From positions 614 through 64,613 of the forward strand of contig JBBDJP010000001.1 in assembly GCA_040879805.1 (NCBI GenBank): a stretch of 64,000 bases of DNA. Reading direction: 5' to 3'. The DNA is from Candidatus Pacearchaeota archaeon (lineage in GTDB: Archaea > Nanobdellota > Nanobdellia > Pacearchaeales > GW2011-AR1). Shown here in pieces: positions 34,520 through 44,072 of this stretch; position 1 is the stretch's first letter; the number at the start of each line of letters is the position of its first letter. Both the position numbers and the translations under genes were made by a program. Under the pieces are notes generated by a model. It saw only the letters and a program-made list of their open reading frames with translations, was not told where the DNA came from and did no database searches.

Positions 34520-35550
34520 TCACTTAAATCTTTTTGCTTTTTTTCTTCTTGAACTTTTCTTAACTTCTCAAGCTGCTTTTCAACCCTTGTTTCTGAAAAA
34601 TCATGATTTTCAACAAGAATTTTTTTTATCTTTTCCTCAGCAATTTCTGGAAACTCAATTTCAAAATTCTTTACAGCAGGTTTATGAAACAATTCAAAAA
34701 TTTCTTTCCAATTAAATCTATCTTTTTCAGACAAACTCATTAACCTTTCTTCTACATGTTTAAATATTAAAACAGGTTGCTTATATTTTTTAACTATTTC
34801 TAATGCCCTCTTTTGACCAATTCCAGGAATACCTTTAGGATTATAATCTGTTCCAATCAAAATTCCAAGACAAATAAGTTGATCGAGATTTATTTCCAAC
34901 TGATTAAGAATTTTATATAAATCAATCAACTCAGGTCTTACTTCAACCCACCCTGAAAAAGTTTTTCTCCTAGTTGAAAGCCCAAGATTCCTTATAAGTA
35001 TTGGAGCTCCAAAAAGAAGCGAGTCATAATCTTGACTTACAGTTCCATATATATCTCCATTAACTTTATTCAAATAAGCTGCTTCTGCTTCTCCCTCTCC
35101 TGGAGCTTGTATAACACTAATTCCCATTGCATTAAGAAGTTCCTTACTTTCAGAAATCATCTCATCATCTAATCTTATCAACTGAGAACTATATCTCTTC
35201 ATTTTAGATAAATCTTCATCTTGTTTAGCTTTTTCATATTTATTTTTTGCCAAATCTCTAGCCTCAGACCTAATTTTATGTGTTCCTCCTTTAAGACTTG
35301 GAGCATTACCATCAAAAACATAAATTGGCTTAATCCCTTCAAACAGAAGATTCACATTCCTGTAAAAAATCCCTGAAAGATGTGAAGTTACTCTGCGCTT
35401 GTTATCCATTAATGGAGTTCCGTCTCTCTGCCGTATTGTAGAAAGAAATTGATAAAGAATATTAAAGGCATCCACACAAACTGTTTTTCCTTTCAAATCA
35501 GAAATTTCTATTTCCTTCTTTGGAATAATTTCTCTTATATTAAGTCCCAT
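34510..35550 (-). CDS. fen: Flap endonuclease 1
   Basis: XPG-N/I motifs 'VCVDAFNILYQF' and 'IQAPGEGEAEAAYL', H3TH 'GTDYNPKGIPGIGQKRA', and a canonical C-terminal PIP box 'QKDLSDYF'. Confidence 0.95.
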   Translation of the reverse strand: MGLNIREIIPKKEIEISDLKGKTVCVDAFNILYQFLSTIRQRDGTPLMDNKRRVTSHLSGIFYRNVNLLFEGIKPIYVFDGNAPSLKGGTHKIRSEARDLAKNKYEKAKQDEDLSKMKRYSSQLIRLDDEMISESKELLNAMGISVIQAPGEGEAEAAYLNKVNGDIYGTVSQDYDSLLFGAPILIRNLGLSTRRKTFSGWVEVRPELIDLYKILNQLEINLDQLICLGILIGTDYNPKGIPGIGQKRALEIVKKYKQPVLIFKHVEERLMSLSEKDRFNWKEIFELFHKPAVKNFEIEFPEIAEEKIKKILVENHDFSETRVEKQLEKLRKVQEEKKQKDLSDYF

Positions 35551-35590
35551 AACTAATTAAAGAATTAAAGTTATAAATAATTATCTAAAA

Positions 35591-35992
35591 CTAAAAATCA
35601 TCAAAATCCACAATTTCTCTTAGATTATATTCAATTTCTATGTTTTGTTTAATTTCTGAAAAATAATTTTTGACTTCTTTAGCATTAAGCTTGCTATAGG
35701 GCTTAACAGAAATTCCCAATTCTCTTAGTCTACTCAGGCTTCTTTTCACTTCTTTGGAATCATGTATTCCCCATTTATTCATAAAATGTGAATTCACAAG
35801 AGCATAAGCTTCTTCTATTTTTTTGTCAGGAACCTTATATAAAATGTTAGAGATATCTTCAGTTTTTTCAGAATTCTCTTTAACTTTATGTTCAAGAGCC
35901 CCTATCAAACCTGTATTGTATCCTACTTCTTCTGCAGCTTTTCTTGAAGGGAAAACAGAACTTCCGATCCTTATTAAACCGTCACTTTCCAT
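35591..35992 (-). CDS. Hypothetical protein (133 aa) between fen and polB
   Basis: ORF with a TATA-like box at 36012..36025. Acidic/aromatic C-terminus 'EIVDFDDF'. Confidence 0.45.
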   Translation of the reverse strand: MESDGLIRIGSSVFPSRKAAEEVGYNTGLIGALEHKVKENSEKTEDISNILYKVPDKKIEEAYALVNSHFMNKWGIHDSKEVKRSLSRLRELGISVKPYSKLNAKEVKNYFSEIKQNIEIEYNLREIVDFDDF

Positions 35993-36011
35993 ATTGTAAC
36001 TACTTAATAAG

Positions 36012-36025
36012 AGTATATAAATATT
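36012..36025 (-). promoter_or_regulatory. TATA-box-like element for the minus-strand gene starting at 35992
   Basis: 'AGTATATAAATATT' lies about 26 nt from the start. A separate A/T box (36055..36067) lies about 28 nt before polB. Confidence 0.4.
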
Positions 36026-36088
36026 GTGGTTCTACCACTTTAATTATAACTCGTTAAAATTTAAATAACTCTCATTCCTATTAAAAGG

Positions 36089-38551
36089 ATGTTAAAAACA
36101 AATTTTATTCCTATAGACTATGGATATTTTGATTACAAAGGGAAAAATTATATAAAAATAATTGGAAGAGATGATAAAGGGAAGAGAGTTTGTGTTATTG
36201 ATACTTGTTCCATATACCTTTGGGCTGTTTTGAAAAAAAATCTTAAAAATGCAGATATTGATTCTCTAGTAAAAAAAATTGAAGGAATAAAGTTAGATAC
36301 TAAAGGAAGAAAAACAAAGGTTGAAAAGGTTAAACTCTGTGATAAAAAATTCTTGGGAAACCCTGTAAAAGCCCTAAAAATTTTTGCTACAAATCATAAA
36401 GATCTTCATGATATTGCAAACCAATTAGACTTTCCTGAAATTGAATGTAGGAGAGGATATGACATAGGTTTTACCACCCATTATATAATCGAAAAAAAAA
36501 TAAATCCTTTAAAGTGGTATGAAATTTCTGGAGAATTTGCAGGATCTGAATTTCAAGGCATAGAAAATCTTGATGTTGATCTTTGTATAAAATTAGAAGA
36601 TGTAAAAAAAATTGAAGAAGAAAAATTTGTTCCTAAAATTCTTGCATACGATATTGAAACAGATGAATTGAAAGTTGGTGCAGGAAAAATACTAATGATA
36701 TCTCTCGTTTCAAAAAACTATAAAAAAGTAATCTCTTGGAAAAAAACCACAAAGAAAAAGGCAGACTATGTTGAATATGTAAAAAATGAGTCAGAGCTTT
36801 TAGAGAGATTTATTGAAGAAGTTAGAGAAGTTTCTCCAGACATTCTTGTGGGCTACAACTCTGATGGGTTTGACCTCCCTTATTTAAAATCTAGATCAGA
36901 AAAACATAACATAAAATTAAGCCTTGGACTAGATGACAGCCAGCCACGATTCACAAGAGGTTCGGTACTCTCAGGAAGAATAAATGGGATAGTCCATTTA
37001 GACATTTTAAAATTCATAAGAACAACTTACTCTCAGTACATGAAATCTGAAACATTGTCCTTAAATGAAGTTTCAAAGGAATTTCTAGATAACAAAAAAA
37101 AGGAATTTAAACCACATGAAATAAATAATGATGAAATAAATTGGGCTAAATTTTTTGAATATAATCTCCACGATTCTGTTCTGACCCTTGGACTCGCTGA
37201 AAAATTCTGGCCAGACCTCCTTGAATTTTCAAGAGTTATAAAAGAACCTTTGTTTAAAATATCAAGAAATGGACTTTCAAAACAAGTCGAATCCTACATT
37301 CTCCACAATTTAGAAAATTTTGATGAAATTCCTGAGAGAAGGCCTAGCTATAATGAAATTGGAAAAAGAAGACAAAGAGAAAAGGTTGAAGGGGCATTCG
37401 TATTTGAACCTAAACCAGGACTTTACGAAAATATAGCTCTTTTTGATTTTACCTCAATGCATACAAGCATAATAATCTCGATGAATATCTCCAAGGAAAC
37501 TTTTCTTGAAAGAAAAGAAAAAAATTCAATTGAATCTCCTGAAATTAATTACCAGGGTAAAAAAACAAAATATTATTTCACAAAAAAACCAGGATTCATA
37601 CCCTTACTTCTAAGAGATATCCTTGAAAAAAGAAAGGAATACAAAAAAAAGTATCAAAAGGATCCTAATCCTATCACTAAAGCAAGAAGTAATGCATTTA
37701 AACTTCTTTCAGCTTCAGTTCATGGATATATAGGTTTCTTTGGAGCAAGATACCACTCTATTGAATCTTCTGCAACAATACTTGCATTTGTAAGAAAGTT
37801 CAACAAAGAAATAATAGAAAAGGTTCAAAAATTGGGTCATGAGGTTATATTTGGAGACACAGACTCTATAGGATTTTTGAGAAACGGAAAATCGAAAAAA
37901 GAAATTATTCAATTACTAGAAAATCTTAATGAAGAATTGCCAGGAGTTATGAAACTTGAACTTGAGGGATTTTTCAAAAGAGGTCTTTGGGTTGCAAAGC
38001 GAACAGGAAAAATAGGTGCAAAGAAAAAATATGCTCTTCTGAGAGAAGATGGAAAATTAAAAATTCGTGGTTTTGAAACAGTAAGAAGAGATTGGTGCAA
38101 TCTGGCAAGAAAAGTTCAAAATAAAATAATCAAAAAAGTTCTTGAAGATGGAGAGGAAAAAAGTGCTTTGAAATATTTAAAATCAATCATAAAAAAAGTA
38201 AAAAATAGGGAAGTTGAATTAGAAGATCTCATAATAAGAACAAAACTAAAAAAATCAATTTCTGCATACAAATCAATTTCACCTCATGTTGTAGCTGCAA
38301 AAAGAATGAAAGAATTAGAAATTCCAATAAGTGAAGGAGGAATTGTCTCTTACTATCTTGCAGAAACCAACAATAAAAGTAAATTAGTCCGTGATAAGGT
38401 GAAACTTCCTGAAGAAAAAGGGAAATATGAAATTGAATACTATTTGAAAAAACAAGTTCTTCCTGCCGTAGAAAATATCTTTGAAGTGTTTGGAATTTCA
38501 ACAAAAGAACTCATAGAAGGAAAAAGGCAGACTCAGTTAGGAGATTTTTAA
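36089..38551 (+). CDS. polB: Family B DNA polymerase
   Basis: Exo motifs 'AYDIETD' and 'YNSDGFDLPYL'. Pol motif A 'DFTSMHTSIII', motif B 'KLLSASVHGYIG', motif C 'FGDTDS'. C-terminal PIP-like 'QTQLGDF'. No intein. Confidence 0.95.
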   Translation: MLKTNFIPIDYGYFDYKGKNYIKIIGRDDKGKRVCVIDTCSIYLWAVLKKNLKNADIDSLVKKIEGIKLDTKGRKTKVEKVKLCDKKFLGNPVKALKIFATNHKDLHDIANQLDFPEIECRRGYDIGFTTHYIIEKKINPLKWYEISGEFAGSEFQGIENLDVDLCIKLEDVKKIEEEKFVPKILAYDIETDELKVGAGKILMISLVSKNYKKVISWKKTTKKKADYVEYVKNESELLERFIEEVREVSPDILVGYNSDGFDLPYLKSRSEKHNIKLSLGLDDSQPRFTRGSVLSGRINGIVHLDILKFIRTTYSQYMKSETLSLNEVSKEFLDNKKKEFKPHEINNDEINWAKFFEYNLHDSVLTLGLAEKFWPDLLEFSRVIKEPLFKISRNGLSKQVESYILHNLENFDEIPERRPSYNEIGKRRQREKVEGAFVFEPKPGLYENIALFDFTSMHTSIIISMNISKETFLERKEKNSIESPEINYQGKKTKYYFTKKPGFIPLLLRDILEKRKEYKKKYQKDPNPITKARSNAFKLLSASVHGYIGFFGARYHSIESSATILAFVRKFNKEIIEKVQKLGHEVIFGDTDSIGFLRNGKSKKEIIQLLENLNEELPGVMKLELEGFFKRGLWVAKRTGKIGAKKKYALLREDGKLKIRGFETVRRDWCNLARKVQNKIIKKVLEDGEEKSALKYLKSIIKKVKNREVELEDLIIRTKLKKSISAYKSISPHVVAAKRMKELEIPISEGGIVSYYLAETNNKSKLVRDKVKLPEEKGKYEIEYYLKKQVLPAVENIFEVFGISTKELIEGKRQTQLGDF

Positions 38552-38553
38552 AA

Positions 38554-39318
38554 TCACTCAAGAAGCAACAAAGCAGCCATTATCAAAATTCCTATGATGA
38601 AAAATAACAATTGAAGAACAGAGGTTTTAAATTTAGGATGTTTATTCAACTCCGGAATCAAATCGCTTCCTGCGATATAAATGAATCCTCCAATTGCAAA
38701 AGGAACAATAAAGAATTCTATATTTTCAACATAACCCTCCATCAAAAGAGCAAAAATAAGTCCGACAAAAGCTGTTAAAGCTGAGGCAAAATTAAATGTT
38801 AATGCTTTTACCTTTGAAAATCCACCATGAAGCAAAATCCCAAAATCTCCGATTTCCTGAGGGATCTCATGTAAAGCTACAGCGATTGTCGTTGCGATTC
38901 CTACAGGTATGCTAAAAAGATAGGCTGCCCCTATAATCATTCCATCAATAAGATTGTGAACTCCGTCTCCAATCAAAATCATAATTGAAAACGGTTCAGT
39001 GTGTTCTTCTCCAACAGCTATATGATGATGGTGCCAATGAATAACCTTCTCAAGAATGAAAAATAAAACTATTCCTGATAAAATCATCACTGAGACATTC
39101 ATTCCAAATCCGTGCTCCTCAACCAATTCGGGAAGCAAATGTAAAAAGGCTCCAGCAAGTAAAGCTCCTGCAGCAAAGCTAACTAAGTAAATAAGTCCCT
39201 TTTTTAATTTTTTATATTTTATTGAAAGTGTAAAAATGCCTATGAAAGAAATTAAGCTGACTACTAAGACGCTAAGTAACGAATAAACCCAAATATCAAT
39301 TCCAACCATACTAAACAA
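38554..39318 (-). CDS. ZIP-family divalent metal (zinc) transporter
   Basis: 'HEIPQEIGDFGILL', a His-rich loop 'HWHHHH' and about 8 TM helices. Confidence 0.85.
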   Translation of the reverse strand: MFSMVGIDIWVYSLLSVLVVSLISFIGIFTLSIKYKKLKKGLIYLVSFAAGALLAGAFLHLLPELVEEHGFGMNVSVMILSGIVLFFILEKVIHWHHHHIAVGEEHTEPFSIMILIGDGVHNLIDGMIIGAAYLFSIPVGIATTIAVALHEIPQEIGDFGILLHGGFSKVKALTFNFASALTAFVGLIFALLMEGYVENIEFFIVPFAIGGFIYIAGSDLIPELNKHPKFKTSVLQLLFFIIGILIMAALLLLE

Positions 39319-39357
39319 AACAAATAATAATTTAAAAGCTTATTCTTTTATAATTTT

Positions 39358-40320
39358 ATGAAGCAAAATCCAAAAATGAAACCTCTTCTTTTTGAAAGAA
39401 TGAAAAAACTTCTTGGAGATGACTTTGAAAACTACTTAAAAATTCTTGAAGAAAAGTCACCTAAGTCTATAAGATGTAATACACTTAAAATTTCTCCAGA
39501 AGAACTTAAAAAAAGACTTATCAAAAAGGGTTGGAAAATTGAACAGCCTTTCAAAGATTATCTTGAAGTCATGATAGTCAAAAACAAACTTGAACCAGGG
39601 GAACTTGGAAGAAGTCTCGAGCACCTTTTAGGATATTATTATGTTCAAGAGATTGCTAGTATGATTCCTGTTCTTGTACTTAAACCAGAAAAAGATCAAA
39701 TGGTGCTTGATCTCTGTGCAGCCCCTGGAAGTAAAACAACTCAAACTGCAGCAAAAATGGAAAACACTGGAACAATAATTGCAAATGAAGTAAGCCTTGG
39801 AAGAGTTAAAATTTTAGCCTCAAACACTGAAAGGTGTGGAGTGACTAATATGATAATAACAAAAAAAGAAGGTTCTTTTTTATGTAGAAAATTGAAAGAT
39901 CTAGAAATAAAATTTGATAAGATACTTATAGATGCACCTTGTTCTGGAGAGGGAACTTTAAGAAGTTCAAAGATGACTTACAAAATGTGGAATATTCACA
40001 CTGTAAAAAAACTTTCAAAAGTTCAAAAAAATCTCTTGGCTTTTGCAATTGAAATTATAAAACCTGGCGGAGAAATTGTTTATAGTACTTGCACTCATGC
40101 TCCTGAGGAAAATGAAGAAATAGTTAACTTCATATTAAAGAAATTCAAAAATATGGAGGTTGTAAAAATTAATATTCCATTAAAAACTAGACCTGGAATA
40201 CAAAGATGGGAAGACAAAGAATATCATGAAGATGTGAAATATTCTTGTAGAATCTATCCTCAAGACAATAATACGGACGGATTTTTTATAGCCAAACTGA
40301 AGAAAAAAAATGAAAACTAA
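39358..40320 (+). CDS. NOL1/NOP2/Sun-family RNA cytosine-C5 methyltransferase
   Basis: SAM motif 'VLDLCAAPGSKTTQ' and the catalytic Cys motifs 'DAPCSGEGTLR' and 'VYSTCT'. Confidence 0.85.
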   Translation: MKQNPKMKPLLFERMKKLLGDDFENYLKILEEKSPKSIRCNTLKISPEELKKRLIKKGWKIEQPFKDYLEVMIVKNKLEPGELGRSLEHLLGYYYVQEIASMIPVLVLKPEKDQMVLDLCAAPGSKTTQTAAKMENTGTIIANEVSLGRVKILASNTERCGVTNMIITKKEGSFLCRKLKDLEIKFDKILIDAPCSGEGTLRSSKMTYKMWNIHTVKKLSKVQKNLLAFAIEIIKPGGEIVYSTCTHAPEENEEIVNFILKKFKNMEVVKINIPLKTRPGIQRWEDKEYHEDVKYSCRIYPQDNNTDGFFIAKLKKKNEN

Positions 40321-40987
40321 AATAATTGCTACGATTGGTCCTGCAAGTTACAAAGAAAGAATACTGGAAAAGATGAAAAAAGAAGGGATGAATATAATGA
40401 GAATAAATATGAAACATATATCTGAAAAAAAATTGATGAAAATTTATCCCATCATGAAAAAACTAGATTTAAAAATAATGATCGATATAAAAAATCTTAA
40501 AGAACTTCAATTTGTTAAAGATTATGAATATGATTACTTAGCAATTTCTTTTGCATCTTCAGTTTCTCAAATAGAAAAAATAGAAAATCTGGCTAAGAAA
40601 GGAGTAAAAATAATTTCTAAAATAGAAAATAAAAAAGGTGTTGATAACTTCAAAAATATTTTGAATAAAAGTTATGGAATTATGATTGCTCGTGGAGACT
40701 TAGCAAAGAACATCTCTTTTGAAAAAGTCCCTGCAGTGCAAAAAAGAATGATAAAAGAATGTAACAAAAAGGGAAAATTTTCTATAACTGCTACAGAAAT
40801 GCTACATTCCATGACCCAAAACAAAACTCCAAAAAGATCTGAAGTGTCAGATATAGCTAATGCCATTTTTGAAAAATCTAAGGCTTTAATGCTTTCAGAA
40901 GAAACCGCCATAGGAAAATATCCTGCCCTTACAATTAAAGTTATGAAAAAAATAATTATGGAGGCTGAAAAAGAAACAAAAAGATGA
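40310..40987 (+). CDS. Pyruvate-kinase-like protein consisting only of the A (TIM-barrel) domain; no B lid and no C domain
   Basis: 'TKIIATIGPAS', 'MNIMRINMKH', 'IMIDIK', 'ISKIENKKG', 'IMIARGDLA', 'ITATEMLHSM', 'PKRSEVSDIANAI' and 'ALMLSEETAIGKYP' are collinear with PK motifs. The protein is only 225 aa. Confidence 0.7.
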   Translation: MKTKIIATIGPASYKERILEKMKKEGMNIMRINMKHISEKKLMKIYPIMKKLDLKIMIDIKNLKELQFVKDYEYDYLAISFASSVSQIEKIENLAKKGVKIISKIENKKGVDNFKNILNKSYGIMIARGDLAKNISFEKVPAVQKRMIKECNKKGKFSITATEMLHSMTQNKTPKRSEVSDIANAIFEKSKALMLSEETAIGKYPALTIKVMKKIIMEAEKETKR

Positions 40988-41484
40988 CTTCACAAAAATC
41001 AGGTCCAAAATTTACGCCGCTAAAAATCTTAAATACTCGTGAAAAGACTGAAATTGAAGAAAAATTAAGGGAACAATTTGGAATTGAAGAAATTCCAGGA
41101 ACACTTATTAAAAGAGGAAAAGAAAGGATTTTTCTTTACAATGGATTTTTAGAAAAAAGAGATATAAAAAGACTTGAAAAATTAGTTATTATTGAAAGAG
41201 CAGGAATTTACTTTGCAAAGATAGTTTTTGGGGAAGATGGTGAAATAAGACTTAGTCTTGAGGGAACTCAAATATTAAAAGATAAAATAAAAAGAAATGT
41301 TTATAATTTAAACAAAAAGCAGGCGGAAGAATGGATGAAGGGTGGTGAACTTAGAATTAAAACAGGAAGACGGGGATTTCTAGTTATGAAATATGGAGAG
41401 GATTTTCTTGGTTGTGGAAAGGCTTCTGCAGAAAAAATTGGAAACTTTATTCCAAAGAACAGAAGACTTAAGAGAAAAGGTTAG
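40984..41484 (+). CDS. Nip7-like / PUA-domain RNA-binding protein (tentative)
   Basis: At 166 aa it shows a two-module layout. The C-terminal 'GFLVMKYGEDFLGCGKASAEKIGNFIPKNRRL' resembles the PUA end of archaeal Nip7. ATGA overlap with the preceding gene. Confidence 0.45.
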   Translation: MTSQKSGPKFTPLKILNTREKTEIEEKLREQFGIEEIPGTLIKRGKERIFLYNGFLEKRDIKRLEKLVIIERAGIYFAKIVFGEDGEIRLSLEGTQILKDKIKRNVYNLNKKQAEEWMKGGELRIKTGRRGFLVMKYGEDFLGCGKASAEKIGNFIPKNRRLKRKG

Positions 41485-41537
41485 TGTAGTTACTTTAAAA
41501 AAGTAAAACTTAAAAATAATGAAATCAGACTTTCTTT

Positions 41538-42425
41538 ATGGATTTAGAGAAAATTTGCAAAAATATCGAAGAAAGATTATGTAAAGAAAATTTTGAAACT
41601 CTTTCTGCAATGGCACTTGTAGGGTCAAGAGTAAATGGATATTTTGATAAAAACAGCGATTATGATTTCTCAGCAATATTTAAAGATGAAATTGAAGAAA
41701 GGCATATTAATTTTAATATGGATGGAACACCCATCTCTGTAAAAGTAGAAAGTGAAAAAATGTTTGAAGATTATCTTAAATTTTCTGGAGATAATGGTGA
41801 AAAATCAAAATTTGTTTACCTTCCATATCTAGCAATAAAAAACAAGGATTATTTTTTTCATAAAGAAAAGATTTCTAGAAAAATATTACTTGATGAATTT
41901 GTAGAAATATTACCTCAAAATAAAAACATTAAAACAAATATAGATAATTTGATAGAATTTCCTTTAATAAGACGTTCAATCTTTTCTCCAGATTATTGGC
42001 CAAGAATAAGAAGATTGGTGGAATCTGGATCTAATTTCAAAGAAAAGATGAAGCCAAAATATATTGAATCGTTAAAAGAGATTGGATATTTTATCTCAAA
42101 TAAGGGCGAAGTTGTTTTCAAAAATGAAAATACTGAAAAAATACTGAAAATAAATTTGCCAAAATATATTAAACAAAAATATCAATTTGCCAAAAAATTT
42201 GGTGTTAGAAATAAAGACTATTTTTATGGTGGATTATGCATGGCAATCCATCTATCTATGGCATACAATAATGAAAAATTTCCTATAATTGAAAAAAGGA
42301 GGGGTGAATTTTACTACGCAGGACCTACATTGAATCAACTTTTAGATAAAAGAAAAAGTTTTGTCATTCTTGAGAATTTTTCTAAAAAATTAAAAGACAA
42401 AATAGTCAAAAACTCATGTCCATAA
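41538..42425 (+). CDS. Pol-beta-superfamily nucleotidyltransferase domain protein
   Basis: 'ALVGSRVNGYFDKNSDYDFSAIF' matches the GS-x(n)-D-x-D NTase signature. The C-terminal roughly 200 aa are unassigned. Confidence 0.55.
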   Translation: MDLEKICKNIEERLCKENFETLSAMALVGSRVNGYFDKNSDYDFSAIFKDEIEERHINFNMDGTPISVKVESEKMFEDYLKFSGDNGEKSKFVYLPYLAIKNKDYFFHKEKISRKILLDEFVEILPQNKNIKTNIDNLIEFPLIRRSIFSPDYWPRIRRLVESGSNFKEKMKPKYIESLKEIGYFISNKGEVVFKNENTEKILKINLPKYIKQKYQFAKKFGVRNKDYFYGGLCMAIHLSMAYNNEKFPIIEKRRGEFYYAGPTLNQLLDKRKSFVILENFSKKLKDKIVKNSCP

Positions 42426-42428
42426 AAA

Positions 42429-42908
42429 TTAAACAAATTTCATAACTATCTTTGCAAAAAACAATTTTACTTTATTCCCAAAACCAACTGCTTTCAATTT
42501 TATATTTCCTCTATCATAATTCAATAAAATCTCAGAACTCTTATCTTCAGATTCTAAAATAGATTCAATTGTTTTTTCATCAGTTAAAATAATATAATTT
42601 ATCTCTTCAGGAGTTCCTTGAAAAATTCCTTCAATCTTTTTATCTTCAACTTCTACATAAAATTCTATTTCTGAAATTTCATTAGTTATATTGACTAATA
42701 AGTTCCCTTCCTTCATAAGAAAACTCGCCGAGTCTGGCAATTCAAAATCTCTAGACTGGATCTCTTCATTTATTATAGGTATTTGATCATAAAATTCTTC
42801 AAAGCTATCATAAACAAAATCTTGCTGACCATTTTCCACCTGAGCTAAAACAATAAAAGTCATTAATATGCTAACCAACAAAAATAAAATATCTAATCTC
42901 TTTTTCAT
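42429..42908 (-). CDS. Secreted acidic protein with signal peptide (hypothetical)
   Basis: 'MKKRLDILFLLVSILMTFIVLAQV' is a signal peptide. Confidence 0.45.
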   Translation of the reverse strand: MKKRLDILFLLVSILMTFIVLAQVENGQQDFVYDSFEEFYDQIPIINEEIQSRDFELPDSASFLMKEGNLLVNITNEISEIEFYVEVEDKKIEGIFQGTPEEINYIILTDEKTIESILESEDKSSEILLNYDRGNIKLKAVGFGNKVKLFFAKIVMKFV

Positions 42909-43026
42909 AGGATAAAAAAAGACTATAGCTTATTTAAATCTTACTTAAATTTTTAAAAAATAAGGGTATTAAATTAAACATTGTCTCAATAAACACACTT
43001 AAAAAACATCTATCTTTAATAAAAAA

Positions 43027-44061
43027 ATGACTGAAAAACAATATGGTGGAGAAACGGGAAGAGGTACTGGAGAAAAATCAGTTACCACAAAAATAAAGAA
43101 ATTAAGACCAGGTCCCGTAAAACAACAAGATAATAAAAAAGATCATTCTCTATTTGAAAGTTCTGAAAAAATGGAAAAAGAAAAAATAATAAATGCAGGA
43201 AAAATAGCTTCGAAAATTAAAAAATGGATAAAGCCCAAAATTAAGAAAGGCATGCCATTAATTGAAATTGCAGAAAAGATAGAAGATAAAATAATTGCAT
43301 TTGGAGGAAAACCTGCTTTTCCTGTAAATTTAAGCATAAACAACGTTGCAGCACACTACACTCCCAGCCACGATGATAAAACTCTTGCACACGGTCTCTT
43401 AAAAGTTGATTTTGGAGTTCACATAGATGGCTGGGCTGCAGACAACGCTTTTTCAATAGATCTTGAAAATAACGAAGAAAATACGAAACTCATAGAAGCG
43501 TCTGAAAAAGCACTTGAAAATGCAATAGAAAATGTGAAAAAGGCACATGTTGAAATCTCAACAGATAAAATTGGAGAGACAATCCAGAAAACAATCGAAT
43601 CAAAAGGCTTCCTTCCAGTTGTAAATCTCTCAGGTCATAGCATGGACAAATACCAACTACATTCTGGAATAACAATCTCAAACATTAATGATGGAAGAAA
43701 TGTAAAACTTTCAAAAGGGCTTTATGCAATTGAACCTTTTTCTACAAATGGCAGTGGAAAAATAAAAGAAGGAAAACCTTCGGGAATTTATGAACTACAA
43801 TCTGAAAAAAATGTTAGAAGTTCTATTGCTAGAGATGTTCTAGATTTAATAAAAGAAGAATACAACACTCTTCCATTCTGTTCTAGGTGGATAATCGATA
43901 AAATAGGAACAAAGGCTCTTTTTGGATTAAAACAACTTGAAAAAAATGGGAATCTTCATCATTTTTCACAACTAGTTGAAATTGATCAAAATTCAAAAGT
44001 AAGTCAATCGGAAGAAACAATCTTAATTGAAAAAGACAATGTCATCATAACAACTATTTAA
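43027..44061 (+). CDS. map: Methionine aminopeptidase, type 2 (archaeal), with a Lys-rich N-terminal extension
   Basis: Metal ligand contexts 'DFGVHIDGWAADNAF', 'NLSGHSM', 'YAIEPF' and 'SQSEETIL'. An internal Met at 43171 ('MEKEKIINAGKIA') is an alternative start. Confidence 0.9.
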   Translation: MTEKQYGGETGRGTGEKSVTTKIKKLRPGPVKQQDNKKDHSLFESSEKMEKEKIINAGKIASKIKKWIKPKIKKGMPLIEIAEKIEDKIIAFGGKPAFPVNLSINNVAAHYTPSHDDKTLAHGLLKVDFGVHIDGWAADNAFSIDLENNEENTKLIEASEKALENAIENVKKAHVEISTDKIGETIQKTIESKGFLPVVNLSGHSMDKYQLHSGITISNINDGRNVKLSKGLYAIEPFSTNGSGKIKEGKPSGIYELQSEKNVRSSIARDVLDLIKEEYNTLPFCSRWIIDKIGTKALFGLKQLEKNGNLHHFSQLVEIDQNSKVSQSEETILIEKDNVIITTI

Positions 44062-44072
44062 GAATTAATTTA

